Positions 23,292 to 32,300 of a stretch of DNA of 64,000 nucleotides are shown here, piece by piece. The stretch lies in the IMG/VR virus record IMGVR_UViG_3300043427_002668; one strand, written 5' to 3'. The DNA is from a virus (taxonomy: Duplodnaviria; Caudoviricetes). The first letter of the stretch is position 1, and every line of letters begins with the position of its first letter. Position numbers and translations under genes: made by a program. The notes under the pieces were generated by a model, which was not told the DNA's origin, did not search any database, and was given only the letters and a program-made list of their open reading frames with translations.

Positions 23292-23318
23292 GATTCCATA
23301 ACTCAAAGGAGCGTACTT

Positions 23319-23492
23319 ATGTCAGTTGCGTATCATCAGGCACAGAAGCAGCGTTATAGGATCACTCTGGAAATGAACGTACTGAGTGATTTCGATCCTC
23401 ATCAAATTGATTGGGAGAAGCTATTCAAACTCGAACCATCTGAGCGTGTGGAAGCATACGTTGAGGATCTCGATTGCCCTTCTAAGTGGTAG
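23319..23492 (+). CDS. Conserved cyanophage hypothetical protein (57 aa, not in ORF track)
   Basis: MSVAYHQAQKQRYRITLE...DFDPHQIDWEKLF. Confidence 0.7.
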   Translation: MSVAYHQAQKQRYRITLEMNVLSDFDPHQIDWEKLFKLEPSERVEAYVEDLDCPSKW

Positions 23493-23503
23493 AAACGCAC
23501 TTT

Positions 23504-23555
23504 TAGTTTTGTCCCAAAACTTATACATATTATGGGGTATTTTGGGACAAAACTA
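23504..23555. repeat. Perfect 16-bp inverted repeat with a 20-nt spacer
   Basis: TAGTTTTGTCCCAAAA ... TTTTGGGACAAAACTA. Confidence 0.9.
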
Positions 23556-23722
23556 TGAGACCGAAGAATTACACTTTTCTGGGTACGACAGAGAGAATGC
23601 GCGTACCTTATGTGAAGCAAATGAGTGCGATCTTAAATGAGTTAAATCGTATCGCAGAGTTAGGTCACGATCCGACAGACTATCTGGAGGAGTTTATAGA
23701 ACGTCTGCAGGTTGTTGAATGA
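23555..23722 (+). CDS. Hypothetical protein (55 aa)
   Basis: MRPKNYTFLGTTERMRVPYVKQM...; stop overlaps element copy 12. Confidence 0.5.
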   Translation: MRPKNYTFLGTTERMRVPYVKQMSAILNELNRIAELGHDPTDYLEEFIERLQVVE

Positions 23723-23755
23723 AAGGGGGGACGTTGAAAGTGTCCCAGTAGTATG
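23722..23755 (+). promoter_or_regulatory. Repeated intergenic element, copy 12 (includes the ATG)
   Basis: AAAGGGGGGACGTTGAAAGTGTCCCAGTAGTATG. Confidence 0.85.
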
Positions 23756-23965
23756 AGCGCAACCGACACGTCCTACACTTCTCCCCACACTGGTAAAGTG
23801 TACCAGGTGATGACAGAAACCCGTAAGGATTACACCGTCTACAACTTCATCGAAGACGGTAAGATTATCACCAAATCGTTTCAGAATGACCCCAAGTATC
23901 TTGCGGGTTTGTTTGGTGAAATCGAAGGCATTTATGCGCCTTGGAGTACATCACCCCGCGACTGA
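23753..23965 (+). CDS. Hypothetical protein
   Basis: 70-aa ORF between element copies 12 and 13. Confidence 0.65.
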   Translation: MSATDTSYTSPHTGKVYQVMTETRKDYTVYNFIEDGKIITKSFQNDPKYLAGLFGEIEGIYAPWSTSPRD

Positions 23966-23972
23966 GTTACTA

Positions 23973-24008
23973 AAAGGGGGGACGTGCAAAGTGTCCCAGT
24001 AGTATAAG
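23973..24008 (+). promoter_or_regulatory. Repeated intergenic element, copy 13
   Basis: AAAGGGGGGACGTGCAAAGTGTCCCAGTAGTATAAG. Confidence 0.85.
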
Positions 24009-24034
24009 ACCAACCCACTTCAATTCTTCACCAA

Positions 24035-24208
24035 ATGTCTAACACTTTCCGAGTTGTAATCCCTACCGCTGATGGTATACAAGTCGCTGGAGAGTTTCCC
24101 ACTTGGTTGAATGCATCTCTGTTCCAGCAAGTTATTCTCACTGACCGCAATCTTAAGTGTTCGGTTGAATCGTTCTGTAACGGGATGTGGTTAAGCGAGT
24201 GGGATTGA
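24035..24208 (+). CDS. Hypothetical protein (57 aa)
   Basis: MSNTFRVVIPTADG... Confidence 0.5.
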   Translation: MSNTFRVVIPTADGIQVAGEFPTWLNASLFQQVILTDRNLKCSVESFCNGMWLSEWD

Positions 24209-24254
24209 TTCTCTCCATTCTCATTAACACAAACCCCCTTACACTTTTCCCCAA

Positions 24255-24503
24255 ATGACTACCACTTTCCAAAGCAATGCTCTCGACATTTCCTATAACG
24301 GTTGGGAGAATTATGAGACCTGGAACGTTGCACTCTGGATCAACAATGATGAGGGTCTATATAACATCGCCATGGAGTGCGGTTCGTATCAGGATTTCGT
24401 TGAATATATCAGCGAATTTATGACACAAACTCCTGATGGTGTTCGGTTTGATGATCCTGCTGTAAATGCGATCCAAATCAATAGCGATGTGTTCGACTTC
24501 TAA
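24255..24503 (+). CDS. Conserved phage hypothetical protein
   Basis: YNGWENYETWNVALWINND motif. Confidence 0.7.
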   Translation: MTTTFQSNALDISYNGWENYETWNVALWINNDEGLYNIAMECGSYQDFVEYISEFMTQTPDGVRFDDPAVNAIQINSDVFDF

Positions 24504-24581
24504 GTAACACAAAAGGGAATGAGATGCGCCCTATAAAGACACTCACAACACACACTGTTTCTTACACTTTTCTTCTTCATT

Positions 24582-24722
24582 ATGTCTAAGTCTGTGATGC
24601 TCTCGATGCTGGCACAAGGTAACACTGGCGATGAGATTCTTTCGATTCTGGATGCACTGACCTCTGATAATGTTTCTGAGGTTGCTGATAACGAACCGAC
24701 TCTGAATCCTATCGAGTTCTGA
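24582..24722 (+). CDS. Small acidic protein (46 aa)
   Basis: MSKSVMLSMLAQGNTGDEILSILDAL... Confidence 0.55.
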   Translation: MSKSVMLSMLAQGNTGDEILSILDALTSDNVSEVADNEPTLNPIEF

Positions 24723-24728
24723 TAACAC

Positions 24729-24771
24729 AGGGGCACGGGGTTTGACACTCTGTGCCCCTCTATGTTATGCT
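24729..24771 (+). promoter_or_regulatory. Sigma70 promoter with its -35 inside a stem-loop
   Basis: AGGGGCAC/GTGCCCCT inverted repeat enclosing TTGACA (24742-47); TGn-TATGCT at 24766-71 (18-nt spacer). Confidence 0.55.
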
Positions 24772-24926
24772 TAGGTGATGATAGTGGTTCGGCAGTGATT
24801 TGATGCCGATTTGTTATAGCGCGGCGCGGCGTTGTCCCGATATATAAGATTTTGGGTCCTTCCTAACCTACAGAGGTGACAAATCGACCAAGCTATATCA
24901 ATCTCATAAAAAATTCCCGGAAGTAT

Positions 24927-25073
24927 ATGATGAGACGAAAACCCCCCTATTGGAATTTCTGGAAGGTAATCTTTGCGGGATGGATAATCCGATATCCTGA
25001 TAAAATTTTCCGATTTATTGGAGTGCCCCTTGGAATTCTTATAGTGATGATATATAATGCATTGACAAAATAA
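24927..25073 (+). CDS. Small membrane protein
   Basis: MMRRKPPYWNFWKVIFAGWIIRYP...GILIVMIY. Confidence 0.6.
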   Translation: MMRRKPPYWNFWKVIFAGWIIRYPDKIFRFIGVPLGILIVMIYNALTK

Positions 25074-25093
25074 AAAATTCCCGGAAAAATTTT

Positions 25094-25294
25094 ATGGAAA
25101 ATACTGAAAAATTATATCACATATACGCAAAGGGCGAGTGCATTTATCACAGCCTTTCAGAGGAAAAATTCTCTGAGACATGGGATATGTTACACAAAAT
25201 GATTGAGTTACTTGATAATAATTTTTCAGATGAAGATTTGCAATACGAAGAAGTAACTGTGAATAAACTCATAGTGCAAAATGCATCATATTGA
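25094..25294 (+). CDS. Conserved hypothetical protein
   Basis: LYHIYAKGECIYHSLSEEKF. Confidence 0.7.
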   Translation: MENTEKLYHIYAKGECIYHSLSEEKFSETWDMLHKMIELLDNNFSDEDLQYEEVTVNKLIVQNASY

Positions 25295-25319
25295 CAAATA
25301 CTAAATAGGACGATAAAAT
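25291..25319 (+). promoter_or_regulatory. Sigma70 promoter with a nested late-type CTAAATA
   Basis: TTGACA-17 nt-TAAAAT; CTAAATA at 25301-25307 in the spacer. Confidence 0.7.
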
Positions 25320-25342
25320 TGATCTGAAGGTTAATTTAACTT

Positions 25343-26110
25343 ATGGCAAAAGGATTTACAGTAAAAGCAACAGCACCAAAACCCAAAGAACAAGAATGGG
25401 ATATTGATGCAATTAAAGAACGGATGAAGGGCAAGTCAATTGTCTTTTGTCTTCCAGGGCGTGGATGCTCTTTTATTTTTCTGAAGGCATTCGTACAACT
25501 CTGTTTTGATCTCGTTCAGAATGGAATGAGTATTCAGATTTCTCAGGATTACTCATCGATGGTAAACTTTGCACGTTGTAAGGTTCTTGGTGCAAATGTA
25601 CTTCGTGGTCCCAAGCAAATTCCTTGGGATGGCAAACTGAATTATGATTATCAACTCTGGATTGATAGTGACATTGTTTTTGATACTCAAAAATTCTGGC
25701 AACTCTGTGATGTAGCTCTTCCTGCTGAAGGAGATGAGCGTGAAATCGTCGCTGGTTGGTATGCAACCGAAGATGGCATCACAACATCTGTCGCACACTG
25801 GTTAGAGGAAGATGATTTCCGTAAGAACGGTGGTGTGATGAATCATGAAACCGTGGATTCAATTTCCAAGCGTAGAAAGCCATTCACAGTTGACTATACT
25901 GGTTTTGGTTGGGTTCTCATTAAGAAAGGTGTTTTTGAGAATCTTGAATATCCTTGGTTTGCTCCGAAGATGCAAGTTTTTGAATCTGGTGCAGTTCAGG
26001 ATATGTGTGGAGAAGATGTTTCATTCTGTCTTGATGCAAAAGAGGCAGGACTTGAAATCTGGTGCGATCCTCGTATCAGAGTGGGACATGAGAAAACTCG
26101 TATTATTTGA
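25343..26110 (+). CDS. GT-A fold glycosyltransferase-like protein
   Basis: WIDSDI DxD motif, YTGFGWVLIK, GEDVSFC..A...G.EIW.DP..RVGHEK. Confidence 0.8.
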   Translation: MAKGFTVKATAPKPKEQEWDIDAIKERMKGKSIVFCLPGRGCSFIFLKAFVQLCFDLVQNGMSIQISQDYSSMVNFARCKVLGANVLRGPKQIPWDGKLNYDYQLWIDSDIVFDTQKFWQLCDVALPAEGDEREIVAGWYATEDGITTSVAHWLEEDDFRKNGGVMNHETVDSISKRRKPFTVDYTGFGWVLIKKGVFENLEYPWFAPKMQVFESGAVQDMCGEDVSFCLDAKEAGLEIWCDPRIRVGHEKTRII

Positions 26111-26124
26111 TTTGGAGGTAATTT

Positions 26125-26265
26125 ATGGCAAAAGGTGGATCTAATAAGACTCTGTTTGAACCTGGAGCACCTAAGAAAACTCGTCAAGGACGTTCTCCTC
26201 GTACATTACTGAGTGCTACTTCTCGTAATGGACGTAAGAAGAAATATCGAGGACAAGGAAAATAA
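26125..26265 (+). CDS. Small basic protein (46 aa)
   Basis: MAKGGSNK...PKKTRQGRS...KKYRGQGK; GGAGG RBS. Confidence 0.7.
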   Translation: MAKGGSNKTLFEPGAPKKTRQGRSPRTLLSATSRNGRKKKYRGQGK

Positions 26266-26306
26266 TTTTATCAGAGTGCTTAAATAGAAATAAGCACTCT
26301 TTTTTT

Positions 26307-26765
26307 ATGCATTCCGAAAAAGAACTTCATATTTTAAATTGGATTAAAGAAGTATCACAGGTAAGAGAAGAACTGAATGGATTTGCAGTTTGTCCTTTTG
26401 CTTCAAAAGCAATATTTAAGATCGTAGAGTGCTCGGTTGAAGATATTATTCCAATCGAAGGATATCAAGTCATTATTTTTATCGTTGAAGATTATTTGAA
26501 TCTTGATTCAATTCAATTTTGGGTTGATTTATATAACAAAAAATATGAAAAGTGGAAATTTTTTGAAGATTGTGGGTCATATGACACATTTATCAATGAA
26601 ATTCAAACGAATAATGGGAAATATAACTTAATTTTAGCGCAACCAACTGAAAAATTACGTAAATTTCGGCAAAATCTAGCAAAAACTTCTTATTATGAGT
26701 TGTGGGATGATGAATATCTCAAAGAAATTCTTGAAGATGACTATGATATGGTCAAAACGGGATAG
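26307..26765 (+). CDS. Conserved hypothetical protein
   Basis: WIKEVS..REELNGFAVCPFA. Confidence 0.7.
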   Translation: MHSEKELHILNWIKEVSQVREELNGFAVCPFASKAIFKIVECSVEDIIPIEGYQVIIFIVEDYLNLDSIQFWVDLYNKKYEKWKFFEDCGSYDTFINEIQTNNGKYNLILAQPTEKLRKFRQNLAKTSYYELWDDEYLKEILEDDYDMVKTG

Positions 26766-26809
26766 CAACCCCGTAAAAAGTTCTGATTTTAACAAATCAG
26801 GAGCTAAAA

Positions 26810-26971
26810 ATGGATCAAAAAATGCTTAGAGAAATCTTTAATGATGATTTAACACCAAAAAAACATAATTTTGAGGTTCAAAATGAGATTCATGAGAAAA
26901 TCAGAAATGATGATGACTATGATGATTGGGAATATGGGACAGAACCTCTTTATGAATCCAAAAAACCATAA
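26810..26971 (+). CDS. Small acidic protein (53 aa)
   Basis: AGGAG RBS; MDQKMLREIFNDD...DDDYDDWEYG. Confidence 0.6.
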   Translation: MDQKMLREIFNDDLTPKKHNFEVQNEIHEKIRNDDDYDDWEYGTEPLYESKKP

Positions 26972-26977
26972 TAAATA
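26970..26977 (+). promoter_or_regulatory. T4-type late promoter for gp25
   Basis: AATAAATA about 20 nt upstream of ATG 26999. Confidence 0.65.
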
Positions 26978-26998
26978 AGATAGATTTATTAATTTTTT

Positions 26999-27400
26999 AT
27001 GCCTGTAGAACGGATAAGTAAAGGTTTCAAAGACATAAGTATGACTTTTCAGGTTAACCCTGTAAATTATGACCTTATTGGTCTTAAAAATGAAACTGCT
27101 ATTTCCCGTTCTATTCGTAATTTGGTTTTTACTCTTCCTGGAGAAAGATTCTTCAATCAAAATTTAGGATCAAGAGTCAGTCGTCAACTCTTCGAAAACA
27201 TGGATGCGGTTTCTGCATCTATTATTGAGGATGAAATTAGAAATACTATTAATAATTATGAACCAAGAGTTAGACTCATCAATGTAGAAGTAACTCCTAA
27301 TTATGATGAAAATGAATTTAATGTAACAATTACATATAGAATAGTTGGAATTGATGTTTTACCGCAACAGCTAACATTTGCACTACAGCCAACACGATAA
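26999..27400 (+). CDS. gp25: Baseplate wedge subunit gp25
   Basis: LKNETAISRSIRNLV.T.PGERFF...G; YEPRV. Confidence 0.92.
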   Translation: MPVERISKGFKDISMTFQVNPVNYDLIGLKNETAISRSIRNLVFTLPGERFFNQNLGSRVSRQLFENMDAVSASIIEDEIRNTINNYEPRVRLINVEVTPNYDENEFNVTITYRIVGIDVLPQQLTFALQPTR

Positions 27401-29317
27401 ATGGCATTAGTTAATTTTACTAATTTAGATTTCGATCAAATTAAAAGTTCTCTTAGAGAATATCTGAGAGCTAATTCAAATTTTACTGACTATGATTTTG
27501 AAGGTTCAAATCTTTCAACAATCATAGACCTTCTTGCATATAATACCTATATTTCCTCATATAATGCTAATATGATTAGCAATGAGGTCTTTATTGATAG
27601 TGCAACTCTTAGAGAGAATGTTGTTTCTCTTGCAGGGCATATTGGATATGTCCCAAGATCTAAAACATCAGCAAAGGCAAATATATCATTTTTTGTAGAT
27701 GCATCTAATTTCACTACAAATCCAAAAACAATTACTTTGCAAAGAGGTACAGTATGCTCCTCTTCAAATAATTTCGGAAATCAAAGTTATACATTTTCAA
27801 TTTTAAACGATATTACAGTTCCAGTTACAAATAACATTGCATTTTTTGAAAACATTGACGTATATGAAGGAACCTATTTACTTGAAAGGTTTGTTGTAGA
27901 CAGCAATAATAAAAATCAAAGATTTATTCTTTCAAATGCAAATATTGACACCTCATCGATAGTTGTTGAAGTAAGAAATTCTGCAGAAAGCACTGTAATT
28001 AGAAAATTTAACGTCTGTAAGGATTTTTGTGCTGTAGATGCGGAATCTAGAGTTTTCTTCATCAAAGAAATAGAAGATCAAAGATATGAGATTGTTTTTG
28101 GTGATGGAATTTTTGGTAAGAAATTAGATAATAACAATATTGTTGAAGTATATCATGTAGTAAGTAATGGTGGCGAAAGTGCCAATGGGATAACATCATT
28201 CGATTTTAGTGGTAGACTATTTGATAATAATGGTAGAATTGTTTCTACTGGAATATCATTAATTACTTCAAATTCTTCTTCTCAGGGAGGAAGGGAAATT
28301 GAATCCGTAGAGTCTATTCGTAAGTTTGCTCCTCGTTTATACTCTTCACAGAAAAGAGCAGTAACAACCGAAGATTATGAAACTATAATTGCCACATTAT
28401 ATCCAGAAGCAGAATCTGTTTCTGTATTTGGAGGAGAGGAACTTGATCCCCCAAAATATGGAAAAGTTTTTATCGCCATAAAACCAATTTCCGGAGATTT
28501 TCTTGCAAATTCTATTAAGGAAAATCTAAAAAATCTACTAAGAAAATACAGTGTTGCTGGTATTGTAACTGAAATAGTAGATTTAAAATATCTCTATATT
28601 GAATTTGACTCTTCAGTCTACTATAATACTAATCTATCTCAATCAGCAAATAGACTTCAAACTAGAGTAATTAACAATATAATAAGATATTCGGATTCTT
28701 CAGAATTAAACAAATACGGAGCTAGATTTAAATATAGTAAATTTTTAAAAATAATAGATGAAACTGATAAAGCAATAACATCAAATATTACAAATGTTAC
28801 AATGAGAAGGGATTTAAGAGCAGTCTTAGGTCAGTTTTCAGAGTATGAGATTTGTTTTGGAAATAGATTTAATATTAATGATTCTGCAGGATATAATATA
28901 AAATCTTCTGGATTTAGACTGAGTGGTTACAATTTTGATTTATACCTTTCTGATATTCCAAACTCTGATTTAAAAACTGGAAGACTAATATTCTTCCGTA
29001 TTGATCCTCAGACATCAAATCCAGTAATTATAAATCAAAATGCGGGAAAAGTAGATTATGAAAGAGGAGAAATTATAATTTCTCCCACAAACTTAATATC
29101 AACCTCAAAAGAAAAACTAAATCAACCAATTATAGAAATATCAGCAACTCCATATTCAAATGATATAATTGGTCTCCAAGATTTGTATATACAGCTTGAT
29201 GTGGAGAATAGTAATGTTGATATGATAGTAGATACTATTTCTTCCGGAACCGATATTTCTGGGTCAATATATAAATCATCATCTAGTTACACTACACGGG
29301 AATTTATAAGAAAGTAA
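27401..29317 (+). CDS. gp6: Baseplate wedge subunit gp6
   Basis: LDFDQIK...TDYDFEGSNLSTIIDLLAYNTY; QKRAVT.EDY. Confidence 0.95.
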   Translation: MALVNFTNLDFDQIKSSLREYLRANSNFTDYDFEGSNLSTIIDLLAYNTYISSYNANMISNEVFIDSATLRENVVSLAGHIGYVPRSKTSAKANISFFVDASNFTTNPKTITLQRGTVCSSSNNFGNQSYTFSILNDITVPVTNNIAFFENIDVYEGTYLLERFVVDSNNKNQRFILSNANIDTSSIVVEVRNSAESTVIRKFNVCKDFCAVDAESRVFFIKEIEDQRYEIVFGDGIFGKKLDNNNIVEVYHVVSNGGESANGITSFDFSGRLFDNNGRIVSTGISLITSNSSSQGGREIESVESIRKFAPRLYSSQKRAVTTEDYETIIATLYPEAESVSVFGGEELDPPKYGKVFIAIKPISGDFLANSIKENLKNLLRKYSVAGIVTEIVDLKYLYIEFDSSVYYNTNLSQSANRLQTRVINNIIRYSDSSELNKYGARFKYSKFLKIIDETDKAITSNITNVTMRRDLRAVLGQFSEYEICFGNRFNINDSAGYNIKSSGFRLSGYNFDLYLSDIPNSDLKTGRLIFFRIDPQTSNPVIINQNAGKVDYERGEIIISPTNLISTSKEKLNQPIIEISATPYSNDIIGLQDLYIQLDVENSNVDMIVDTISSGTDISGSIYKSSSSYTTREFIRK

Positions 29318-29318
29318 T

Positions 29319-32300
29319 ATGAAGAACACAATTAAATTCTATTCAATTGTAGAAAGTCTAGTACCAGAGTACGTTAAAATAGAATTTCCGTTAGTCGTAG
29401 AATTTTTATCACAGTATTATAAATCTCAAGAAAATCAAAGTGCTGCTCTTGATATAATTCATAATATTGATAAGTACGTCCAGATTGATAGTGTTGCAAA
29501 TTTAGATTTAACAACAACACTTACATATCCACTAGAATTTGAAAATGAGATCTTTATATCTTCGGGGAAGGATCTTCCAAAAAATTATGGATTAATTAAA
29601 ATTGATAATGAAATAATATGGTATGAAAGATTAATAGATGAAGAAGTAACTACATCAGTTTTTACAATTAATCCAGGATCGACTTCTATTATTTCCACAG
29701 ATGTTATCTCTGATTGGATTGGAAAAATACTTATTATTAGAGATAGTCAAGGAAATATTGTAAATTCAACAAAAATTTTATCTATAGAAGACGGACTAAG
29801 CGTTCTTACAGATTCTCCACTAATTATTGACACTAAATCTAGTGTTTATAATTCTTCAAATACATATACCTGTGAAATTAATGGAAATAGACTTATAAAT
29901 TGTACTAGAGGATTTAATGCTACAACTGCATATGATTCTGACAGTACTACCGACGAACTAGTTTATGAAGAAACTTCGATTGATACGCATAATTTAGGAT
30001 CTGAAATAACAAATTTAAGTATAATATTCCTCACAGAATTTTTTAAAAAGATTAAAGTTCAAATAACTCCTGGATTTGAAGACGAAGAATTCTATGAAAA
30101 AATTAATGAAGCAACTTTTATTCGTAATATAAAACAATTCTACCAATCAAAAGGATCTGACTGTTCTTTTGAGATTCTCTTTAGAGCACTTTTTGGAGAA
30201 GATATAAGTATTATTAGACCAAGAGATTTTGTTATTCAAGCTTCTGATGCTCAATATAATATTTTCAGAGACTTGGTTGTAGAACAATTTGAAGGAAACC
30301 CAGAAGATCTAGAAAATCTAACGTTATATCAAGATGCATATTTAAATATTCCACAGTCAAAAGGAACAATTGCTAAAATTGAAAAAATTCAAAGAGGAGA
30401 TGTATTTTATTATACAATAAGTTTAGATCAATCCAAAGAAAATACTTATTCTTCAAATTTAGGCCAGTTTAGTATTCATCCTAAAACAAAAACAACAATA
30501 GATGTTACTGTTAACAGTGATTTTATTGATGTTGATTCTACCATAGGATTTCCAGATTCAGGTGAACTCTTAGTACAGAATACTAATGGAACATCTTTTG
30601 TCGTATCATATTCGTCAAGAACGTCAACACAATTTTTAGATTGTAATGGAATAAATCAGGATATAGGCATCAATTCTACTATTCGTCTGAATACTTTTGC
30701 ATATGGATATAATGGATCAGAACAAATTAAGGTATTTGTTGGTGGTGTTCTATCTTCAGTAAACATTGAGTCTTCTCCATATTATTCATCTCCAGATGAA
30801 AAAATAAAAATCAAAACCATAGGTAAAAATTTAACTGATATTAGAGCGGATAATTGGTTCTATAATATAACAACAAAATATGATGTAAAGGATATAACTT
30901 TAGTTGATACTTCTAACTTAGTTTATCAAATAACTTTGTATGACGATAGCATTTTAAAAATAGGAGATTCTGTTTCATTATTATACAGCGAAGGAATTGT
31001 CAAAAATGGCATCATAACTGGTCAATCAAACAAAAAATCATTTTTTGTAGTTGGGTTTGAAGATATAGATTTATCTATCAAATATACTTTGAAAAAAAAT
31101 ATTTTAAAGGTAAATTCATTAAATTATCCAGAACTTTCAAAATATTCCACAAACGTTCAGAATGTTTATATCGATAGAAATCAAAATATTTTTGTAAATT
31201 CACAATCATTACCTAATTATGTCTTCGAACCTTTATTAATAACTGATCGAACAGTAACTTTTTCCGGTTCGTATATTGCGTCGGAAACAATTAATGTCGT
31301 TTCACACAAATTTTATACCGGAGATTCTGTAGTTTATGAACCTGGAGAAGGAAATAACAAATTAGATATCAAAAAAGGAATCTATTTTGTTTATGTTGTA
31401 GATGGGAATACTATTAAAATTGCTAGAAGTAGAGAAAATATATACACTCAAAATTTTATTAAGGTAACCGGAGATGTTACAAATAATAAGTTTATATTAG
31501 AATCATTTACAACTACAGAACTTGAGACTAAAAAGCTGCTACCACAAAATATTTTTAGAGAAATATCAACACCTGGAATTCCCCCAAAAAATTCTAAAAT
31601 AGAAACTTCTCCAGGAACAACAGGAGTATTTGTCAATGGAGTTGAGTTATTAAACTATAAATCCAAAGATATTCTGTATTATGGAGAAATAGAAGAAATT
31701 TTCCCAACTGCAGGTGGAAATGGATATGATATTATCAATCCACCTGTACTGAGCATAGAAGATGATAATGGTTCTGGAGCAAACGGTTATGTGTCAATTG
31801 TTGGATTTTTGGATAGGGTTGATATTGTTGATCCTGGATTCGATTATGTAGAAACTCCGACTGCTATTATTTCTGGGGGAAATGGAAAGGGAGCTGAAGT
31901 ATCTTTAAATCTAACATCTGTAGATTATTCAGCATTTTTTAATGCAAATATTGGAATCAATACTACCAACGACACAATAGGATTTACTACTTATCACAAG
32001 TTTAGAAATAATGAAGTAGTTCTTTATGATCCACAAGGACAAACTAAAATAACAGGGTTAAGTACAAATTCTCAATATTATGCTTCAGTAATTGATCCTC
32101 TTACAATTAAATTATATAAAAATTTAGAAGACTCTTCTGCAGGAATTAATACTGTCAATTTAACAGGAATTGGTACAGGAAGACAATCATTTAAATCTGT
32201 TGCAAAGAAAAAGCAAATAGGTTCAGTACAAGTAATCAATTCTGGATTTGGATATGAAACTAAAAAAAGAACAGTATCTTCTGTAGGAATTGATACTTTT

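Noticed and set aside
9646-24008. 13-copy element as a CRISPR array
   Set aside because: The copies are 250-2700 bp apart and separated by whole genes rather than ~30-40-bp spacers; no cas genes were seen.
9646-24008. 13-copy element as integron attC sites
   Set aside because: It lacks the RYYYAAC/GTTRRRY ends and long imperfect palindrome of attC, and no tyrosine recombinase was seen in the window.
26757-26812. Hammerhead or other self-cleaving ribozyme
   Set aside because: The CUGAUGA and GAAA catalytic core is absent (the sequence reads CTGATTTT).
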